64,000 nt of DNA. Source: an uncultured Acidobacteriota bacterium (lineage in GTDB: Bacteria > Acidobacteriota > Thermoanaerobaculia > UBA5066). Location of the stretch: positions 2,120,207-2,184,206 of the forward strand of contig CAVZYA010000001.1 of NCBI GenBank assembly GCA_963779415.1, in the 5' to 3' direction. The stretch's first letter is position 1, and each line of letters opens with the position of its first letter. The notes beneath the pieces are model-generated. The model did not search any database, had not been told where the DNA came from, and saw only the letters and a program-made list of their open reading frames with translations. Position numbers and translations under genes: made by a program. Of this stretch, positions 19,185 through 29,130 are shown one piece after another.

Positions 19185-20018
19185 ATGGAAGAAGCGTACC
19201 GGGCGCTCCTGAAGAACACGGACTGGCTGTACGTCGTCGTCTACCGGAACGGCGTCTTCTTCTGGGACCTCTGGTCGTTCCACCACGTCTGGAGCGGAAT
19301 CGTCCTGATGGCCGCCATGATGCGCGCCCGGGTCCGCCGGCCGGTCGCCTGGCTCGTGGTCCTTCTGACCGGCTACGAGCTTCTCGAGTTGGTTCTCCTC
19401 GTGATGTCCATTCACACCTTCCAGCCCGAGATGCTCCTCGACAAGCTCTGCGACGTGATCGTGGGGTGCGCCGGTGGCGCCGTCGCGTGGTGGGGCCTTC
19501 CGGCGCTTCAGCGGGCCTCGGCCCGGAGAAACGGGGATCTCGTCGTGACCGCGACGGCGGGGGGCTTCGCGGCGGTGTCGATCGCGTTCGAGTGGGTCGG
19601 ATTCTACGGGTACACCTACAACGTGGCGGAGCTGAACTCGCCCGGGATCAACTGGTGGGCGTTCACGTTCTGGGCTGCCGGCCTGACCGTGCTTCTGCTG
19701 GCGAACACCCTCCTCGGTCGCCGCGTCCCGAATCCGGCGATGCGCCTCCCGATCGTCATGGCCGGGTACGCGATCGGCCTTCTCGCCCTGGAGTACGCCG
19801 GAGATGCCGTTCTCGGAATCCACGAGGCACGGAGCGCCCTCTACCCGCCGCTTCTCTTCGGCCTGATCCACGGGAGCGGCGCCCTGAGGATCTTCTATTG
19901 TGGCGCGGGCCTCGCGGCGATCCTGGGACAGGACCTGGTGGAGCGGCTGCTGGGAATTGGCGCCCGGGACGAGACGATTCGGGTGCCGTCATCCGTTTCG
20001 ACCGTGACGTCTTCCTGA
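19185..20018 (+). CDS. Hypothetical polytopic membrane protein
   Basis: 277 aa with about 7 hydrophobic segments; DLWSFHH..G / YELLE / DKLCD motifs. Confidence 0.7.
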   Translation: MEEAYRALLKNTDWLYVVVYRNGVFFWDLWSFHHVWSGIVLMAAMMRARVRRPVAWLVVLLTGYELLELVLLVMSIHTFQPEMLLDKLCDVIVGCAGGAVAWWGLPALQRASARRNGDLVVTATAGGFAAVSIAFEWVGFYGYTYNVAELNSPGINWWAFTFWAAGLTVLLLANTLLGRRVPNPAMRLPIVMAGYAIGLLALEYAGDAVLGIHEARSALYPPLLFGLIHGSGALRIFYCGAGLAAILGQDLVERLLGIGARDETIRVPSSVSTVTSS

Positions 20019-20105
20019 CTGCGCGAGCGGGGGCGATGCTCCTCTCTCTGTCGGGGATTCCCATCGACTCCATGTGGAATAGGATCGGCACACGGACCCT
20101 GCTCC

Positions 20106-20120
20106 TGGCATCGTTTCCGC
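20106..20120 (+). promoter_or_regulatory. Weak sigma54 promoter candidate
   Basis: TGGCATcgtttCCGC has GG-N10-GC spacing, but the -12 element deviates from TTGC. Confidence 0.25.
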
Positions 20121-20156
20121 AAATCGGCCACATCTGACCGGCAGAAGGAGGGCACG

Positions 20157-20807
20157 ATGATTCTGATAGCCGCTCTTCCCGTCGTCCTCGCCATGGCTCC
20201 ACCGCAACAGCCCCCCAAGATCCAGAAGGCGATGCATGCCGTCGAGTGGACGGACCCGGCGGGCGACGTCCGTCCCGGCAACACGAGCGACGGACCGCGT
20301 CCGGGCCTCGACGTCGTCAACCTCGCCCTGGCCAGCGACGGGACGAAGCTCACCATCACCGCGACCTTGAAGGGCCCGATGAGCGGCGACTTCGCCTCGG
20401 ACGTCGTGCAGGTCTACATCGACACCGACAACGACCAAAAGACCGGGGCCGAGACGTTCTGGAGCAAGAAGCCCGGCTTCGAACTCCTCGCGAAGCTCTC
20501 GGCCTGCGTGAGCTACGAAAACGGCGGAAGCGCGTGCTCGGGAGCCCTGACGGGCGCGAAGGTGAAGGGCTACTACGCCGTGGCCACCCTCGCCCGGTTC
20601 AAGGCGGACCCCGTGAACCCCGAGAAAGTGGTCGGCGCCTTCGACGCCCCCGCCGTCCCCTTCCAGGGAGCCGTTCTCTCGGCGAGCCTCACCTACAAGG
20701 ACCTCGGCGTGAAACCCGGCCAGGCGATCCGGATTGTCGCGAGGGAGTCCGACGGCCCGTCCGACGAGTCGGCCGACTTCCCGGAGGTGATCCTGACGCT
20801 GAAGTGA
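20157..20807 (+). CDS. Hypothetical secreted protein (DOMON-like sandwich)
   Basis: RBS AAGGAGG; signal peptide; WTDPAGD, VYIDTDNDQKTG. Confidence 0.7.
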   Translation: MILIAALPVVLAMAPPQQPPKIQKAMHAVEWTDPAGDVRPGNTSDGPRPGLDVVNLALASDGTKLTITATLKGPMSGDFASDVVQVYIDTDNDQKTGAETFWSKKPGFELLAKLSACVSYENGGSACSGALTGAKVKGYYAVATLARFKADPVNPEKVVGAFDAPAVPFQGAVLSASLTYKDLGVKPGQAIRIVARESDGPSDESADFPEVILTLK

Positions 20808-20842
20808 TCGCCCGACCGTCGCCGTCCTTGCGGAGCTACCTG

Positions 20843-20890
20843 GCCAAGAACGGGGTCAGGACCCGAAGAAGGCAGGATCCCGTTCTCGGC
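20843..20890. terminator. Hairpin between convergent genes
   Basis: GCCAAGAACGGGGTC...GATCCCGTTCTCGGC, 13/15 complementary; no clear U-tract. Confidence 0.4.
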
Positions 20891-20913
20891 GATGTCGTCG
20901 TCCGACCTCGGCC

Positions 20914-22632
20914 TCAGTGCCGCCGCCAGTCCTCGGCCAGCGCCTGGAAGATCACGCACTTGTGCAGCCGCCCGAGCAGCCGGCGATCCGACGGGCCCGC
21001 GATCACCGGCAGCCAGTCGACTCCGCTGCGTGCGAAGACCAGGAAAGCGGCTCCCAGAGAAAGTTCGGGCGTGAGGAAGGGGTAGTCCCGACTCACAAGG
21101 TCGCCTGCCCGCCGGTGGCCGGGTCTCTCTTCCTCCGCCAACGCCGTCGCGATGCTTTCGACCGGCAGGACTCCGACCACTCCACCGGCGTCGTCCACGA
21201 CAAGCACCCTGGCCTCCCGGCACGTCCTCATCTTGTCGATCAGCGCGCTCAGGTCCGCCCCGGCGGCTATGGTTGGCGACTCGCTCTCAACGAAGTCGCG
21301 CACGGCCGCTCCGGCCAGTTTGCCCGCCAGCCGCTCCGTTTCCTTCGAGCGCAGCGATTGCGCGTAAATCGATTCGCTGTTGAGGTGGGTCCGTGAAACG
21401 TAGTACGCCATCACACAGCCGAGCATGAGCGGCAGCACGATCTCGTAGTCGAGCGTCATCTCGAAGATCATAAGGATCGACATGACCGGCGCCTGGGTCA
21501 CGGCTGCCAGGAAGGCTCCCATCCCGATCACCGCGTAGGTGTCCGGCCCCGCCGTCACGCCCGGAAACATCGCATGGACGCCGGTCCCGAGTAGGAAACC
21601 AAGGGACGCGCCCACGAAGATGGTGGGGGTGAAAACCCCGCCTGTGGCCCCCGAGCCGGCGGTGGCCGCGGTCGCCACGACCTTGAAAACCAGCACGGCG
21701 GCGACGACCTGCCACGCCAGGCGCGAGTGAAGAATCGCCGTGACCACACTATAGCCGTTGCCCCATATTTCCGGACGGACGGTGGAAAGAGCCCCGACGA
21801 TCACACCGCCGAGCGCCAGCTTTGCAAACAGCGGCAGCCTCAGTCGCGAGAACCCTTTCTCGACCTCCGTGAGCACGAAAAGGAAGAGCGGCGCCGTGGC
21901 GCCACAGACGACGCCGAGGGCGAGATAAAAGAGCGTTTCCCATCCCGAGACGAAGCGTAACGGAGGGATTGCAAAGACCGGACCGAAACCGAAGAGCGTG
22001 CGCACCGTCGCTGAGGCGACCACCGAGGAGACGATCATCGGCCCGAGGCTTTCCATGGCTATCGAGCCGAGCACGATCTCGGCGACGAACAGGGCACCGG
22101 CGATCGGCGCGTTGTAGGCCGAGGCCAGGCCGGACGCGGCACCGCACGCCACCAGGAGTCTCATGCGCGATTCGCTGTGCGGCAGCAGCCGGCCCGTCAC
22201 CGAGCCGACCAAAGCCGCCAGCTGCACCATCGAACCTTCGCGGCCGATGGAGCCGCCCGAGCCGATGGTCACGAGCGAGGAAGCGCTCTTGACCAGGCTC
22301 GTCCGTATACCGAGCACGCCGTCGCCGACGGCGACGGCTTCCATGTAATCGGTGGTCGTCCGCCCACGCACCAGATGAAGGCCCAGCTGCAGGATCACCC
22401 CCGCCAGCAGCCCGCCGATCCCGGGGATGACCAGACGCTGCCACCAGAGCAGGGACTCGGCGGCCTCGACCAGGCCGGAGGTGTGCCCGGTGAACAGCCA
22501 CTCGACGCCGCGGATCGCCATCCGGAACGCCACCGTGACGAGGGCGCCCAACAGTCCGATCAACGCCGCAAGAGCCAGTGAGATGTGAATCTCTCGCAGG
22601 CGCGGACGGACGAACAGGCTCTCGTTTTTCAT
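20914..22632 (-). CDS. ClC family chloride channel/transporter with CBS pair (ClcB-like)
   Basis: GSGGSIGREGSMV, AYNAPIAG, GGVFTP, QAPVMSILMIFEMT; C-terminal CBS domains. Confidence 0.92.
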   Translation of the reverse strand: MKNESLFVRPRLREIHISLALAALIGLLGALVTVAFRMAIRGVEWLFTGHTSGLVEAAESLLWWQRLVIPGIGGLLAGVILQLGLHLVRGRTTTDYMEAVAVGDGVLGIRTSLVKSASSLVTIGSGGSIGREGSMVQLAALVGSVTGRLLPHSESRMRLLVACGAASGLASAYNAPIAGALFVAEIVLGSIAMESLGPMIVSSVVASATVRTLFGFGPVFAIPPLRFVSGWETLFYLALGVVCGATAPLFLFVLTEVEKGFSRLRLPLFAKLALGGVIVGALSTVRPEIWGNGYSVVTAILHSRLAWQVVAAVLVFKVVATAATAGSGATGGVFTPTIFVGASLGFLLGTGVHAMFPGVTAGPDTYAVIGMGAFLAAVTQAPVMSILMIFEMTLDYEIVLPLMLGCVMAYYVSRTHLNSESIYAQSLRSKETERLAGKLAGAAVRDFVESESPTIAAGADLSALIDKMRTCREARVLVVDDAGGVVGVLPVESIATALAEEERPGHRRAGDLVSRDYPFLTPELSLGAAFLVFARSGVDWLPVIAGPSDRRLLGRLHKCVIFQALAEDWRRH

Positions 22633-22837
22633 CAGTCCTTACGGGCCCGTCCGTTCGCGAGCGGCGGCCCGGGTCTGCGGGATCGCGTTCATGGGCCGCG
22701 TCATAGCGCCAAGGGGCCAGCGGGCGCAAGAGAATCCTTCGGAGGCCTCGTGCTCCGGTCGGACGACGTCGCACCCTTCCGCGACCCTCCACCCCAGAGA
22801 ACTCGCCGGCGCGAACCGCTATTATCCAGCCCTTCGC

Positions 22838-23911
22838 ATGCAGGTTCGGAACACGGCGCTCGGTATCCTCGGTTCCCGGTTGCGCGGGAGGCCGTTCTAT
22901 GTCCGCTTCCAGGTCACACGACGCTGCAATTACCGCTGCCGGATGTGCGGTCAGGATCACGAGCGCGGTGATGAACTACAGACGAAGGAGATCGAGGTCG
23001 TCGCGAGGCGGCTCGCTGGAGTCGGTGCCCGTCATCTGGTGCTGACCGGCGGCGAGCCCTTCCTGCGGTCCGACCTGCCGGAGATCATCTCCATTTTCCG
23101 GCGTCACGGGTTTTCGATCCGCGTACAGACCAACGGCGGCCCGCAGGTCGGGGAGGAAGTCTTCTCCCGCTGCGTCGAAGCCGGTCTTCGGGACGTCAGC
23201 GTCTCCATCGATACCCTGGACCCCGCCCTGCAGGACGACATCTGCCAGGCCCGCGACGTCGGCAAGCATGCCTTGAGGACGCTGCTGATGGCTCGCCGAT
23301 TTCTTCCAGACAGCTTGTCCCTCGCCAACATCGTCGCCTCGTCGTACAACTTCGACGAGCTACCGACCCTGGTGCGTCGCTTCCATGCGATCGGGGTATA
23401 CACGTACATCACACCGGTGATGATCGGCACGGAGGAGAACGGCGACTATCGCTTCCGCGCCAATGGCGCCGGGTTCACGGTCCGCCACGGGAACGACGCC
23501 CACCGCCTGTGTGTCATCGACGAGCTCATCGCCTTGCGGCGGGGCGGCTACAGCCTCACCAACTCGACGCGCCATCTTCGCGATTACCGGCACTACCTCG
23601 AGACCGGAATCTGCACATGGCGTTGCGAAGCCGGGGCACTTGGCCTCGACGTCTTTCCCGACGGTGGGGTGAGCATCTGTAAGGAGAAGCCTCCGTTCGG
23701 AAATATCCTTGACCCCGCCTTCGTCAAGGCGTATGCCGGGGGCGCCTTCCGCAATCGGAATGAGCTCACGGCTGCCGGGTGCAGCGGCTGCTTCTACGGC
23801 GAGTACCGCGAACCGCAATACGCGATCCGGAACGCGTCGGTGCTGGCCGAATGGGTGTTCGACTATTTCCGCACGTTCCGCCACGGCATGAGGTTCAACC
23901 GAGACGTGTAG
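22838..23911 (+). CDS. Radical SAM protein with SPASM/twitch-like C-terminus
   Basis: CNYRCRMC, LTGGEPFLR, QTNG, VSIDT; C-terminal CEAG..PDG..SIC..GNI..CSGC; start uncertain (22691 or 22838). Confidence 0.88.
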   Translation: MQVRNTALGILGSRLRGRPFYVRFQVTRRCNYRCRMCGQDHERGDELQTKEIEVVARRLAGVGARHLVLTGGEPFLRSDLPEIISIFRRHGFSIRVQTNGGPQVGEEVFSRCVEAGLRDVSVSIDTLDPALQDDICQARDVGKHALRTLLMARRFLPDSLSLANIVASSYNFDELPTLVRRFHAIGVYTYITPVMIGTEENGDYRFRANGAGFTVRHGNDAHRLCVIDELIALRRGGYSLTNSTRHLRDYRHYLETGICTWRCEAGALGLDVFPDGGVSICKEKPPFGNILDPAFVKAYAGGAFRNRNELTAAGCSGCFYGEYREPQYAIRNASVLAEWVFDYFRTFRHGMRFNRDV

Positions 23912-24026
23912 GGGCTCACCGGGAATTGCCGGGAGCCATTCCGCATGGGAGCCGGCTTCCCACCGCTTGCCGCAGGTCCCATTGCGGCCCTGCACCACCC
24001 CGAAATCAGACTTCCTGTCTCTGCAC

Positions 24027-26087
24027 TTACCAGACCTTACAAATCTTCTCCGGAGGCTTCACCAGGGCGGCACCGCCCTTGCACTTGAAGGCTTCCGCAA
24101 ACTCCGGCATGTTGACGACAACGCCGTTGATCCGGTACCTGCCGGGGGAGTGCGGGTTCGTCACCGCCATCACACGCAGGTTCTCCGGCCGCTCGTTCTC
24201 GGACGCCCACTGCGCCAGGCCGACGAAGAAACGCTGCTCGGGCGTGAGCCCGTCCCTGGTTTCGAGCTTCTCGCCCTTCGTCGCTTCTTTCCAGGCGGCC
24301 CACGCGAGAATCGTGCCGCCGAGGTCGGCGATGTCCTCGCCCGACGTCAGCTTCCCGTTGATCCTGATGTCGTCAACGACGACGTACTGCGAGTACTGGT
24401 CGCGGATGCAGTTCGCGCGCTTCTCGAACTCCTCACCGTCCATTCTGGTCCACCACTCGCGCAGGTTGCCATTGCCGTCGTACTGGCGCCCCTCGTCGTC
24501 GAAGCCGTGTGTCAGCTCGTGGCCGATCGTGGAGCCGGTGTTTCCGTAGTTGGGCGCGTCATCCAGCTTCATGTCGAACAGCGGCGGCATCAACACGCCG
24601 GCCGGGAAGTTGATGTCGTTCATCGAAGGGTTGTAGTAGGCGTTGACGGTCGGCGGCGTCATGACCCACTCGCCGCGGTCCACGGGTTTGCCGATCTTGG
24701 CCATCTGGCGCCTGGTCTCGAAGACGGTCGCGTTCGACACGTTGCCGAAGTAGTCGGCCGGGCTGATGCGCACCGAGGAGTAGTCCCGCCACACGTCCGG
24801 ATAGCCGACCTTGGTGCGGACCTTGCCCAGCTTGTCGATCGCCTGCGCCCTGGTCTTGTCGCTCATCCAGTCGAGGCCCTGGATCCGGGTCTTCATGGCC
24901 GCCAGGATCAGGTTCGTCATCGCCGCCGTCTTCGCCTTGTTCTCGGGCGGGAAGACGCGGTCCACGAACTCCTTGCCGAGAGCCTCGCCGAGATCGCGGT
25001 CCGCGCCCCCGACACACTTCTTCCAGCGCGGTGGCTGTTCCTTCACGCCGCGCAGCGTCACGCGGTAGAAGGCGAAGTGCTCGTCGACGAAAGCTTTCGA
25101 GAGGTCATCGGCCTTCGCGTTAACAAGGGTCCAGCGCAGGTAGGTCTTGATGTCGCCGAGCGGCTCGGACTTCAGGCGCGTCTGCACCTCCTGGAAGAAC
25201 GCCGGCTGCGAGACGTTCAACCACGCTCCCGGCTTGCCGCCCAGGCCCGCAAAGTAGGCGTCCCAGTCGATGGAGGGGATGAGCGTGTGCAGCTCCGCAG
25301 GCGTAAAGCGATGGTAGACCTTGTACGGGTCGCGACGCTCGACGCGGGTCAGCGAGGCCTTCGCAAGCGCCGTTTCGATGCGCAGGACCGTCGCCGCGCC
25401 CTTCTTCGCGGTTTCCGGCGTATCGCCCAGGAGCTCGAGCATCTTCGCGATGTGGTCGACGTACCTGGCGCGGATCTCCTTCGACTTGTCGTCGCCCTTG
25501 ACGTAGTAGTCGCGGTCGGGAAGGCCCAGGCCTCCCGCGTACAGGGCCACGATCTGCTGCGAGGAATCCTTCGCGTCCTGTTCGACACCGGTCGCGAAGA
25601 GAACCTCCTGCGAGGTGATCCGCCCGTGAATCGACCCGAGATAATCGCCGAGATCCTTGACCGACGTCATGGCGGCAATTCGGTCGAGATCGGCCTTGAG
25701 GGGCGTGATCCCCGCCTTCTCGATCGCGCCCACGTCCATGCAAGCCGCGAAGTAGTCGCCAATCTTCTGCTGCGTCGCGTTGCGCGTCGCGCTCTGCCTC
25801 GCGTTCTCCTGGAGGATTCCCCAGAGGTAGCGTTTGTTTTCCTGGTAGAGCTTCCCGTATACGCTCCAGCTGGCCTGATCCGGGGGAATCGGGTTGTTCT
25901 TCAGCCAGCCGCCGCAGGCGTACTGGTAGAAGTCCTGACAGGGATCCGCCGAGCGGTCCATCGCGTTCACGTCGAGGCTGGGCGTGTACGGCAGCTCGGT
26001 GAACGGGGTGTCCTGCCCGAGGGCGGGGAGCGAGGCGGCCAGGACGCCGAACGCGATCAGCACGGACAGAGCGAAACGACGATTCAT
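24027..26087 (-). CDS. M13 family metallopeptidase (PepO/neprilysin-like)
   Basis: DPCQDFYQYACGGW, VNAYY, IGHELTHGFDD, GEDIAD, HSPGRYRING; signal peptide. Confidence 0.95.
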   Translation of the reverse strand: MNRRFALSVLIAFGVLAASLPALGQDTPFTELPYTPSLDVNAMDRSADPCQDFYQYACGGWLKNNPIPPDQASWSVYGKLYQENKRYLWGILQENARQSATRNATQQKIGDYFAACMDVGAIEKAGITPLKADLDRIAAMTSVKDLGDYLGSIHGRITSQEVLFATGVEQDAKDSSQQIVALYAGGLGLPDRDYYVKGDDKSKEIRARYVDHIAKMLELLGDTPETAKKGAATVLRIETALAKASLTRVERRDPYKVYHRFTPAELHTLIPSIDWDAYFAGLGGKPGAWLNVSQPAFFQEVQTRLKSEPLGDIKTYLRWTLVNAKADDLSKAFVDEHFAFYRVTLRGVKEQPPRWKKCVGGADRDLGEALGKEFVDRVFPPENKAKTAAMTNLILAAMKTRIQGLDWMSDKTRAQAIDKLGKVRTKVGYPDVWRDYSSVRISPADYFGNVSNATVFETRRQMAKIGKPVDRGEWVMTPPTVNAYYNPSMNDINFPAGVLMPPLFDMKLDDAPNYGNTGSTIGHELTHGFDDEGRQYDGNGNLREWWTRMDGEEFEKRANCIRDQYSQYVVVDDIRINGKLTSGEDIADLGGTILAWAAWKEATKGEKLETRDGLTPEQRFFVGLAQWASENERPENLRVMAVTNPHSPGRYRINGVVVNMPEFAEAFKCKGGAALVKPPEKICKVW

Positions 26088-26278
26088 CGGGATCTCCTTC
26101 GACCGAAGCGACGAGCCTGATTGCGCATCCTGATGCACGGTAGTCTATCGTCGGCGAGGGAAACCGGGCCCGGCAGGCCGTCCTCGTCAACCTCGACCCG
26201 GCGTTGAAGCCGGGGCCGGCCGAGAAGGCGGGCCCGAAGTAAGGAAGAAGACCGAAGGAGTCCCATGCCCCGTTCTGA

Positions 26279-26306
26279 TTGACAGCGGGGTCCCGCCCGA
26301 TAAGCT
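26279..26306 (+). promoter_or_regulatory. sigma70 promoter candidate
   Basis: TTGACA-N16-TAAGCT upstream of the 26445 ORF. Confidence 0.45.
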
Positions 26307-26444
26307 CATCCGGCGTCCGGAGGACCGAGCCATGACCCATCGCGGAGCCCTGCGCGGCCGGAGCGGCAACGGGCTTCTCGACGAGCAAGCTCCGAGGGGA
26401 GTTCAGGCGCTCACAGCCTCTCTGACGACGGGACGGAGGCGAGC

Positions 26445-27305
26445 ATGGATCCAACTCCAGGCGACCCCTTTGAGGCTGCCTCCAATCGAAGAGGCTGCCT
26501 GGCCCTCTACGGCATCTGGGCTGTCTTCACGGCCTTCGTGGTCGGGTTCCTGCTCCTGACGAGCAAGGGACCCGGCGATGCGGTCTTCTTCGGAGTCATC
26601 CTCATCCTCCTCCCCGGGGTCATGTACCTCAGCCAGCAGCGGGAGATTCGTCTCATCTCCGCCGCGGCCTCGAGGCTCGGCTTTCGCCTTCGAAACATCT
26701 CGTGGCAGAACGACGAGCCGCGCCTCGAGCCTCGGTTCGAGCAAGAGGCGGTGGGAAGCCGCTGGAATTACGACGCCCTCGAGGGATGGCGCGACGGGTC
26801 GGACGTGGTCGTCTACGACGCGGCGTACCTCGTCTATGCCGAACGTCGTCGGGGTTCTCCCGTCAAGGCCCTCGGGGTCATCTGGTCCCTCCCGGGCGCG
26901 GCCTTCCCGAGACTCGTCGTTCACGGCTCGGCCACGCACCAGGTCCTCGTTCTCGCGCGGGACGGGTCCGGCGGGGATTCCTTCGTGCTTTCAGCCTCGC
27001 CGCCTCTCGGTCCCGCCTCGCCTCTCCCGGACTTCGAGAAGCGGTTCTCCTGCTTCGGCGAGAAGGGAGCCGAGTTGCTCCTGACGGAGGCTGTTCAGCG
27101 GGTCCTTATCGACCTGCCGCCCGTGAGCCGGCTCCTCGTCGAGGGCTCGCGCCTCCGATGGGAAACAGAGCCCACGCTATTCTCAGGACGGCTCGGGCGC
27201 AGGGCCGAGTGGCTTCTCGACAGGACGCTGCCGCTCCGGGACGCACTGCGGGAGGCGCTGCCCCTGCTCCAGTGGCGGTCACTCTCCAACAGCGAAGGGT
27301 ACTGA
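26445..27305 (+). CDS. Hypothetical membrane protein (two N-terminal TM helices)
   Basis: RBS GGAGG; 286 aa; two hydrophobic helices then a soluble domain; no family recognised. Confidence 0.65.
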   Translation: MDPTPGDPFEAASNRRGCLALYGIWAVFTAFVVGFLLLTSKGPGDAVFFGVILILLPGVMYLSQQREIRLISAAASRLGFRLRNISWQNDEPRLEPRFEQEAVGSRWNYDALEGWRDGSDVVVYDAAYLVYAERRRGSPVKALGVIWSLPGAAFPRLVVHGSATHQVLVLARDGSGGDSFVLSASPPLGPASPLPDFEKRFSCFGEKGAELLLTEAVQRVLIDLPPVSRLLVEGSRLRWETEPTLFSGRLGRRAEWLLDRTLPLRDALREALPLLQWRSLSNSEGY

Positions 27306-27815
27306 ACTCCGTCGACGGGCGCGCAGAAACCCCTCTGACGACACGCCCTTTAGACGCGAAACCCCGCGAGGGGCCTCGCGAGGTATGGGTTAACCACGAA
27401 CCTTCGTGAGGTTCGCGGTCTGTAATCCTCTTCGCTCCAGAGAGTTACGCAGGCAGACTCAATCAGGCCGAGGAGTGCCACCCCCGATGAGCAGCGAGCG
27501 CCGGAACGCGCCGAAATCCGCACGCAGAGCGGAGAGCTTACGCGAGAGGCTGGTCTCCTGGCGCCAGGATGGGTCGCAATTCCGATTGGGTTCCCGCAGG
27601 GGCCGGCAAGTCGTCGCGGCTAAGGCATCTGCATTAGAATATCCGACGCGGTACCGCCTAGGATTGCCGCACGTCGGGAGTTTCGTACTCGGCAGCGAGA
27701 TTTGACCCATACGGAGATTCGGCGTTCCGCGAAGCCGATCGTCGCCAACGGGGCGCCAGGAAAGCAACAGCGGCTCGTGGGCTCTGGTGAAGCCCGGAAA
27801 AGGGGAAGGAACACT

Positions 27816-29090
27816 ATGCTGATCAAACGCCTGTCCATCCTACTGCTCGCCGTGGCAGCGTCCGGGAGGGCCTTCGCCGCCGAGCCGCCTGGCCTGCAGA
27901 TCCGGACGACCCGGCCCGACGCCACCGTGACGTTCGAGAAGAGCGTGGCGGACGGCAAGGCTCTCGTGAGTGTCCTGGACGCCAAGCAAGAGCCGGTGCT
28001 CGGGCTGACCATCAAGGACTTCGCGGTGGCGCGAGCCGGCGAGGCTGCGAAGGTCGTCTCGGTCGAGCCGATCGACCAGACCATCGACGTCCCCCGCCAC
28101 GTCGTGCTGGTCGTGGACAACTCGTACTCGCTGGAGGAGCGCAAGGTCATCGCGAAGGAGCTCCAGGAGCTCGGCGCAGTGCTCAAGACCATCCGGCCGA
28201 TCGACGACGTGCAGATGGTCGTCATGCGCGACGGGAAGACGGTGAAGATGGGCGGCCGCAACCTGCACGTGGAGGTCTTCAAGTCGAACAAGCCTTCCGA
28301 GCTGGAGGCGTTTGCAGCCAAGGCCTGCAGCAAGAAGAGCGTCACCGACAATACCTATCTCAACGAGGAGACGTTCGCGGGCGTCGAGCTCATCAAGGGA
28401 ACGCCGGCCGACGGCCCCCGCTTCCTGTGGGTCTTCACGGACGGCGAAGAGCTCAACAGCGCGTTCAAGAGCGACGTCGTCACCCAGGCGGCGCAGGGAG
28501 TCGGAAACTTCAGTGTGCTCGCAATCGACTGCATGCCGGGCCCGAACATCGACGGGTTCCTGGAGAAGTTCGCCAGCCAGAATCACGGTCAGGCCAGGAA
28601 GGCCGGGAAGGGGGCCGATCTCGTGGCGCTCTTCCAGCAGGCCGCCACGAAGACGGAGCACCACTACGCCGTCAGCTGGGAGTTCCCGCCGCCGCCTCCG
28701 GTGGCGAGTGTCGCACCCCCGCCTCCGGCTCCGAAGACCATGGTCTTTCAGGCGGCGGCTCTGTTCGGCTTCAACAAGTGGAACCTGACGCCCGAGGCGA
28801 AGGAAAAGATCAAGGAATATCGCGAGCAGGTCAGAGAAGACTTGAGCCGTGCCGACAAGGCGAAGGTCACCGGGTACACGGACAACATCGGCACGGAGGC
28901 CTATAACAAGAAGCTGTCGCTGCGGCGTGCCGAAGCCGTCCGCGATTACCTCGTCAGCCTCGGGGTCGATCCCGGAAAGCTGGAGGTCAGCGGAGAGGGC
29001 ATGTCCAACCCGGTCGCTGACAACGGGACGGCGGAAGGTCGCGCGAAGAACCGCCGCGTCGAGGTCGAAGTCATCGGCCTGGGTAAATAG
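27816..29090 (+). CDS. VWA domain plus OmpA domain protein
   Basis: Signal peptide; MIDAS-like VVDNSYS...FTDGE; Pro-rich linker; LFGFNK, GYTDNIG, NKKLSLRRAEAV, GRAKNRRVEV. Confidence 0.88.
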   Translation: MLIKRLSILLLAVAASGRAFAAEPPGLQIRTTRPDATVTFEKSVADGKALVSVLDAKQEPVLGLTIKDFAVARAGEAAKVVSVEPIDQTIDVPRHVVLVVDNSYSLEERKVIAKELQELGAVLKTIRPIDDVQMVVMRDGKTVKMGGRNLHVEVFKSNKPSELEAFAAKACSKKSVTDNTYLNEETFAGVELIKGTPADGPRFLWVFTDGEELNSAFKSDVVTQAAQGVGNFSVLAIDCMPGPNIDGFLEKFASQNHGQARKAGKGADLVALFQQAATKTEHHYAVSWEFPPPPPVASVAPPPPAPKTMVFQAAALFGFNKWNLTPEAKEKIKEYREQVREDLSRADKAKVTGYTDNIGTEAYNKKLSLRRAEAVRDYLVSLGVDPGKLEVSGEGMSNPVADNGTAEGRAKNRRVEVEVIGLGK

Positions 29091-29091
29091 A

Positions 29092-29130
29092 GCCCTCCGG
29101 ACAGGGCACGCGGGTCGGCCCGTACGGGAG
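29092..29130 (+). pseudogene. Second, more eroded Ser/Thr kinase 5' stub
   Basis: GGCACGCGGGTCGGCCCGTACG (GTRVGPY) versus GGCACACGGCTCGGCCCGTACG in the 39800 kinase, immediately after the OmpA stop. Confidence 0.45.
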
